Positions 27,752 to 32,000 of a stretch of DNA of 32,000 nucleotides are shown piece by piece. Source of the DNA: Nostoc sp. PCC 7120 = FACHB-418 (GTDB lineage: Bacteria; Cyanobacteriota; Cyanobacteriia; Cyanobacteriales; Nostocaceae); assembly GCF_000009705.1 (NCBI RefSeq), contig NC_003272.1, forward strand, positions 4,050,001 through 4,082,000, read 5' to 3'. Below the pieces are notes generated by a model that ran no database searches, was not told the origin of the DNA, and worked only from the letters and a program-made list of their open reading frames with translations. The number at the start of each line of letters is the position of its first letter. The first letter of the stretch is position 1. A program made the translations under genes and the position numbers.

Positions 27752-27859
27752 TTACTTCTTCCAAGGTAATTTAGTACCCATTTCCGTCCATGCAGAAAAA
27801 ACAAGATAGATGATAAGAAAGCCTACACCAGCAAAAAAGGCTAATAATTCGTGATTCAT
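27752..27859 (-). CDS. Candidate 35-aa hydrophobic mini-protein
   Basis: Hand translation from ATG at 27859-27857 gives MNHELLAFFAGVGFLIIYLVFSAWTEMGTKLPWKK then TAA at 27754-27752. It has one TM helix and a basic C-terminus. There is no obvious SD. It is below the ORF-track cutoff and overlaps a plus-strand track ORF (27591..27809) that I consider spurious. Confidence 0.35.
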   Translation of the reverse strand: MNHELLAFFAGVGFLIIYLVFSAWTEMGTKLPWKK

Positions 27860-27966
27860 AAAATAAATTGCTATATTTTCCAGCTTTATTTTAGAAAAAA
27901 CCGCATATTTCAATTATCTTACCCATCGTACATATATTTCAAAAATTAAGTAAGAATCCTATAGAC

Positions 27967-27992
27967 AACAAAAAAGTCCGCCTTAGCGGACT
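27967..27992 (-). terminator. Rho-independent terminator on the minus strand with no upstream ORF
   Basis: The minus strand reads AGTCCGC-taag-GCGGACT followed by TTTTTTGTTG (plus-strand stem 27975-27992, A-tract 27967-27975). Confidence 0.7.
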
Positions 27993-28977
27993 AGCGTAGA
28001 AGGGTCAAATGATCGAAATTGACTATGAGATTTTTAAATCCCTTCTTTATTGTTAGCAATTTAGTCTGGAAAATCAAGCATTGTAATGCAATACTTTAGA
28101 CATAAATCCTGTAATTATGTCTTTTGATATATACTTTCTGCATAGCTTATATCATGGAATAAATATTTCCTGATTTTTGTCAATACCCACAGGAAGTATT
28201 TATACTGGCAGATTATTTATTATTTATACTTTTTATAACACAAACTAGAAATCTTATCTCAATATTGCCCAAATTATTGTTATCCAATATCCACGGATTT
28301 CCGATCAATGCAAGGCAAAATATGGGCTTACTAGTTAATTCTTGCGCCCATAGGTATTGTGGCATAACAGAGCGCTGCAAACATTTAACGGACATTAATC
28401 ACCGTAAGATTGATGCTGTTTTCAGCAGACATAAGCCAAAATTTTCAAAAATATAGTCGAGGAAATATCTCTTTAGAAAGTTGAATAATCAAAGATATCG
28501 CAGTTAATATTCTCAATATAGAAAATACTTGTTCTTACAAAATATTGCCCCATCCCAGCTAGCTTACGACGCTTTTCTAGAGGTGTGAGTAAACAAACTG
28601 GAAGCAATTCAAGACATCTTTTTCGTAGAAACTATTGACTATAATGGCGATCGCCAGTAAAGTGTTAAGCAAATGTAAATCAGTCAGCCTAATCTTAATT
28701 GCCCCAAACATTGAGGCAATTAAAGAGCGGAGGAACCAAAAATGGGGCGTATTTTGGATTATCCAAAAAGGATATCTCTCAGTCCTAGCCCGTCAGCTAA
28801 CTTCGTCGGCATTGAGAGGAGATTGAACGTACAGATTTTTATATAATGTCTGTCGTCAGTGTCCTTGGCTGGTAGCTTTACGCTTCGTTTTACCTGCCCT
28901 CGACTAGAGGGATGGATACTTATGTCCTAAATTCTGGTGTCTGAGGAAGAAGTAGTTACCTTGAGGTGAAGCTCACT

Positions 28978-30255
28978 ATGTTCCAAAATAAAAAACATCG
29001 GATCGCACTTATTTCTGTTTCTGGAGATCCAGCCGTTGAAATAGGTCAAGAAGAAGCCGGTGGTCAGAACGTATATGTTCGAGAAGTAGGCTATGCACTA
29101 GCCGAACAAGGTTGGCAAGTTGATATGTTCACTCGCCGTATCAGTCCCGACCAGGCCGAGATTGTCCAACATAGTCCTAATTGCCGCACTATCCGCTTAC
29201 AAGCGGGGCCGGTTGAATTTATCGGACGTGATCACGTATTTGATTATTTACCGGAATTTGTTGCCGAATTCCAACGCTTCCAAAAGCGCCAAGGTTATAA
29301 CTATCAACTCATTCACACAAATTACTGGTTGTCATCTTGGGTGGGAATGCAACTGAAAAAGCAACAACCCTTGGTGTTGGTGCATACATACCACTCATTA
29401 GGAGCAATCAAATATCAAACGATCGCAGATATACCCGCCATTGCGAATCAGCGATTAGCTATAGAAAAAGCTTGTTTAGAGAGTGTAGACACAGTAGTTG
29501 CCACCAGCCCCCAAGAACAGCAACATATGCGCGCCCTGGTTTCTAAGAAGGGACGCATAGAGATGATTCCTTGCGGGACTGACATTAATAACTTCGGAAA
29601 CATTGAAAAGTCGGCTGCACGGGAAAAACTGGGAATTGAGCCTGATGCCAAGATGGTATTTTATGTAGGTCGTTTTGATCCCCGTAAAGGCATAGAAACC
29701 TTAGTCAGAGCGGTTGCTCAGTCTAGGTTGAGAGGTGAAGCAAACCTCCAGTTAGTAATTGGTGGTGGTAGCCGTCCTGGTCAAAGTGATGGCAGAGAGC
29801 GCGATCGCATTGCGAATATTGTGGCTGAACTAGAACTGAACGATTGCACCACCTTCGCTGGTCGCCTAGATCATGAAATCCTCCCTTACTACTACGCTGC
29901 GGCTGATGTTTGCGTTGTCCCCAGTCACTACGAACCCTTTGGTTTAGTTGCTATTGAAGCGATGGCTAGCAAAACTCCCGTAATCGCCAGTAATGTAGGT
30001 GGATTGCAATTTACAGTAGTTCCAGAAGTCACAGGTTTACTTGCACCTCCACAAGATGAGTCAGCTTTTGCTACAGCCATAGACCGCATATTAGCCAACC
30101 CAACTTGGCGAGATCAGCTAGGCACAGCCGCCCGCCAGCGAGTGGAAACCACCTTCAGCTGGGCCGGTGTAGCATCCCAATTGAGTCAGCTATACACTCA
30201 TCTGTTAACTCAAAATGCGCCAGAAAAGAAGGAAAAAGAGGCTGTTGCAGCGTAG
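28978..30255 (+). CDS. GT4-family (GT-B fold) glycosyltransferase, MshA-like / minimal sucrose-phosphate-synthase-like
   Basis: The ORF is open from GTG 28966; the ATG is at 28978. It contains RIALISVSGDP...EEAGGQNVYVREVG..LA..GW.VDMFTR and a C-terminal E-x7-E region (PSHYEPFGLVAIEAMASKTPVIAS). I cannot tell the donor or acceptor from the sequence. Confidence 0.88.
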   Translation: MFQNKKHRIALISVSGDPAVEIGQEEAGGQNVYVREVGYALAEQGWQVDMFTRRISPDQAEIVQHSPNCRTIRLQAGPVEFIGRDHVFDYLPEFVAEFQRFQKRQGYNYQLIHTNYWLSSWVGMQLKKQQPLVLVHTYHSLGAIKYQTIADIPAIANQRLAIEKACLESVDTVVATSPQEQQHMRALVSKKGRIEMIPCGTDINNFGNIEKSAAREKLGIEPDAKMVFYVGRFDPRKGIETLVRAVAQSRLRGEANLQLVIGGGSRPGQSDGRERDRIANIVAELELNDCTTFAGRLDHEILPYYYAAADVCVVPSHYEPFGLVAIEAMASKTPVIASNVGGLQFTVVPEVTGLLAPPQDESAFATAIDRILANPTWRDQLGTAARQRVETTFSWAGVASQLSQLYTHLLTQNAPEKKEKEAVAA

Positions 30256-30271
30256 TTAAAGTGAGTTTGGT

Positions 30272-30360
30272 GGAACCTAACCCCAATCCGGTTCCAAATT
30301 TAGGGTGCGTCAGTGCGATATAACCTAAATATACTCAGAAATTACTCATACTGACGCACC
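30272..30360. repeat. Dispersed repeat module plus an 11-bp inverted repeat downstream of the glycosyltransferase gene
   Basis: GGAACCTAACCCCAA (30272-30286) is identical to 3682-3696. GGTGCGTCAGT (30304-30314) is the inverted complement of ACTGACGCACC (30350-30360), with a 35-nt spacer. Confidence 0.7.
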
Positions 30361-30493
30361 TTACCAAACCTTCTAATCAGTCTTTCACCCTTCCTGTAGG
30401 TGCGCCTCCCTTGGAGACTCACGTTAACAAAGGGAAATTAGGATAAAATCCTGTTTCTAAGTCTTACGAGTCGTGATGCGTAAAGCCCCCAAT

Positions 30494-30529
30494 TATGAGG
30501 GACAAAACCAATAAGTTTTGTCCCTCATA
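30494..30529. repeat. Subterminal imperfect-palindrome hairpin of the IS200/IS605 element (15-bp perfect stem, 6-nt loop)
   Basis: TATGAGGGACAAAAC-caataa-GTTTTGTCCCTCATA, 44 nt beyond the tnpA stop. IS200/IS605 ends carry such hairpins, which TnpA recognises. Confidence 0.8.
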
Positions 30530-30572
30530 CGTCTTTTAAGTGGGGGATATAAGCTTTGGAGGATGAATTTAT

Positions 30573-30974
30573 TCATCCGTGATGCGGGTCATTTATGTAC
30601 TCTAAGACTTTCTGGGTGCTAACTTTCCCTGTAGTGTCAAACATATACGAATGTGTCCACAAACTAGGTAATCTCATTAACTCTGGAAACTCTTGTCGCA
30701 AATATCTTGATGACCTACCCTTAAATGCTTTAACTATTTGAGATATTGAATGATGCGGGTCATATTCAACCAATAAATGAATATGGTCAGGGGCAATTTC
30801 TAGTGCTTTGATAATCCATCTTTTATCATTAGCAACTGACTGAAATATCTCAATACATCGTAATTTTAATTTTTCATTATTAGCAAAAACCCTCCTACGT
30901 CTACATGGTATCCAAACTAAATGAACAGTAGCCAATCCGATTGCGTGGTTGTAGTGATTATATACAGATTTCAT
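30573..30974 (-). CDS. tnpA: IS200/IS605-family Y1 (HUH) transposase TnpA
   Basis: 133 aa. It has VHLVWIPCRRRRVF, the HUH motif PDHIHLLVE and the catalytic-Tyr region LWTHSYMFDTTG. The size is typical. Confidence 0.92.
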   Translation of the reverse strand: MKSVYNHYNHAIGLATVHLVWIPCRRRRVFANNEKLKLRCIEIFQSVANDKRWIIKALEIAPDHIHLLVEYDPHHSISQIVKAFKGRSSRYLRQEFPELMRLPSLWTHSYMFDTTGKVSTQKVLEYINDPHHG

Positions 30975-31020
30975 GTAGATGAGTATTGATTATCTACACT
31001 ACTAATGATATCATAACCAC

Positions 31021-32000
31021 ATGAAAACCTTGAAGTTCAAACTGTACCAGCACAAAAGAAATAGATTTCTCAAACGCATGATTAATGCAGGTGGGGCAAT
31101 CTACAACCATTGTATTGCTCTACATAAACGCTACTATCGTATGTGGGGCAAACACTTAAACTGTGCAAAACTTCAAGCTCATATTGCCAAACTGAGAAAG
31201 CGTAACCCATTTTGGCAAACAGTAGGTTCTCAGGCGGTACAAGATATTTGTCAACGCATTGAGAAAGCCTACCAATTATTTTTTAAACACAACAAGAAGG
31301 GGGTTAGACCACCAGGATTTAAGAAGGTAAAAAAATACAAATCATTTACTCTAAAACAAGCAGGTTATAAGTTTTTGGATGGAAATAGAGTAAAAATTGG
31401 GAGTAAAATTTATCAGTTTTGGAAGTCTAGAGAAATTGAGGGGACAGTCAAAACATTAACTATTAAACGCACACCATTAGGTGAGTTGTTTATGGTTGTG
31501 GTGGTTGACGAAGGTAACAAGCCAGAAACCAAATTCATGACTGGTAAGATAGCGGGATTTGATTTCGGTTTAAAAACCTTTCTCACTTGCTCAGACGGTA
31601 CAACAATTGAGTCTCCCCAGTTTTTTAAGCAATCCCTAAATGCAATTAAAAAAGCCAGCCGACAGCATTCTAAGAAATTAAAAGGTTCAGCCAATCGTGA
31701 GCAAGCTAGAAAGAACTTAGTACGCAGGTATGAAGATATCTTTAACCGTCGTCGTGATTGGTTCTGGAAGTTAGCCCATGAGTTAACGGATAAATTTGAT
31801 GTTCTCTGTTTTGAAACCTTAAACCTTAAAGGAATGCAACGACTTTGGGGAAGGAAAATATCAGACTTGGCTTTTGGTGAATTACTGCAAATTCTAGAAT
31901 GGGTTGCCAAAAACAAGAATAAACTGGTTGTTTTCATTGACCCGTGGTATCCCAGTAGCAAAACCTGCTCTAGCTGTGGACATATTTTAGAAAACCTAGA
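31021..32000 (+). CDS. tnpB: TnpB (IS605 OrfB-family RNA-guided nuclease), C-terminus beyond the window
   Basis: Hand translation from ATG 31021 gives MKTLKFKLYQHKRNRFLKRMINAGGAIYNHCIALHKRY... It has RuvC-I GFDFGLKTF, RuvC-II CFETLNLKGM and the first zinc-finger CxxC (SKTCSSCGH) at the window edge. The frame is open to the end, so it is absent from the ORF track. Confidence 0.92.
   Translation, partial: MKTLKFKLYQHKRNRFLKRMINAGGAIYNHCIALHKRYYRMWGKHLNCAKLQAHIAKLRKRNPFWQTVGSQAVQDICQRIEKAYQLFFKHNKKGVRPPGFKKVKKYKSFTLKQAGYKFLDGNRVKIGSKIYQFWKSREIEGTVKTLTIKRTPLGELFMVVVVDEGNKPETKFMTGKIAGFDFGLKTFLTCSDGTTIESPQFFKQSLNAIKKASRQHSKKLKGSANREQARKNLVRRYEDIFNRRRDWFWKLAHELTDKFDVLCFETLNLKGMQRLWGRKISDLAFGELLQILEWVAKNKNKLVVFIDPWYPSSKTCSSCGHILENL

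Larger units (their letters stand above)
30464..32000. mobile_element. IS200/IS605-family insertion sequence (IS605-like, divergent tnpA and tnpB), right part beyond the window
   Basis: A Y1 HUH transposase gene and a TnpB gene are back to back with 46 nt between their start codons, and a subterminal perfect hairpin lies on the tnpA side. The left boundary is approximate; TTAC at 30464-30467 is a guess at the target/cleavage tetranucleotide. Confidence 0.85.

Noticed and set aside
27591-27809. 72-aa plus-strand ORF
   Set aside because: It overlaps the 3' end of the better-supported 75-aa ORF, runs straight through the 24-nt palindromic terminator, and is antisense to the 35-aa hydrophobic ORF.
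28213-28826. Three 60-63-aa ORFs (28213..28395 minus, 28265..28456 plus, 28635..28826 plus) in the gene-poor stretch
   Set aside because: Two of them overlap each other on opposite strands. They lack SD sequences and I recognise no domains. I treat the region as a candidate non-coding or decayed region instead (see findings).
31413-31961. 182-aa minus-strand ORF
   Set aside because: It is antisense to the clearly recognisable tnpB reading frame and has no motifs of its own.
1-32000. Search for CRISPR arrays, tRNA and rRNA genes
   Set aside because: I saw no series of 28-37-nt direct repeats with unique spacers. No T-arm/acceptor-type tRNA signatures (GGTTCGAATCC-like) occur in a plausible cloverleaf context, and there is no rRNA-like conserved sequence. 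The only tandem repeats are 7-mers (STRR) and one 9-mer triplet.

Overview
The window looks like a chromosomal segment of a filamentous, heterocyst-forming cyanobacterium (Nostoc/Anabaena type). Three things support this. The HIP1 octamer GCGATCGC is scattered through genes and spacers (e.g. 2400-2407). Heptameric STRR-type tandem repeats (TGACTAA/TTGGTCA family) fill many intergenic spacers. The gene content includes ndhH. From memory, the order gshA - trmL - LysM/M23 peptidase - rsmH - ndhH matches the alr3351-alr3355 neighbourhood of Anabaena PCC 7120; this needs a search to confirm.

The window splits into two parts.
- Core part, 1 to about 22.6 kb. A CHASE2 sensor / LuxR-type response regulator / degenerate HisKA_3 kinase-like cluster on the minus strand. 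Then a histone-deacetylase-family protein, gshA, trmL, a large LysM-M23 peptidase, rsmH, ndhH, a GAF protein, a DUF185-type methyltransferase, a beta-hydroxyacid dehydrogenase-family oxidoreductase and a sensor histidine kinase. Then a three-gene cluster (DUF318 permease, TIGR03943/DUF1980 protein, membrane-anchored Ig-like/beta-propeller-like protein) and a long acidic coiled-coil protein.
- Accessory-looking part, about 22.6-32 kb, visibly AT-richer. Two orphan genes (a predicted lipoprotein and a small helical protein) and a MITE-like GC-rich repeat. A 783-aa NB-ARC/TPR STAND ATPase with an HTH-like N-terminal module, divergently paired with a 75-aa two-TM protein, which converges on a 35-aa hydrophobic mini-ORF. 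A roughly 1.1-kb stretch with no convincing ORF but a clean orphan minus-strand terminator. A GT4 glycosyltransferase. An IS200/IS605-family element with divergent tnpA and tnpB, truncated by the window end.

I found no rRNA, tRNA or CRISPR array. The best candidate for an undescribed system is the STAND ATPase plus small membrane protein module and its surrounding island. That is a hypothesis from gene architecture only.
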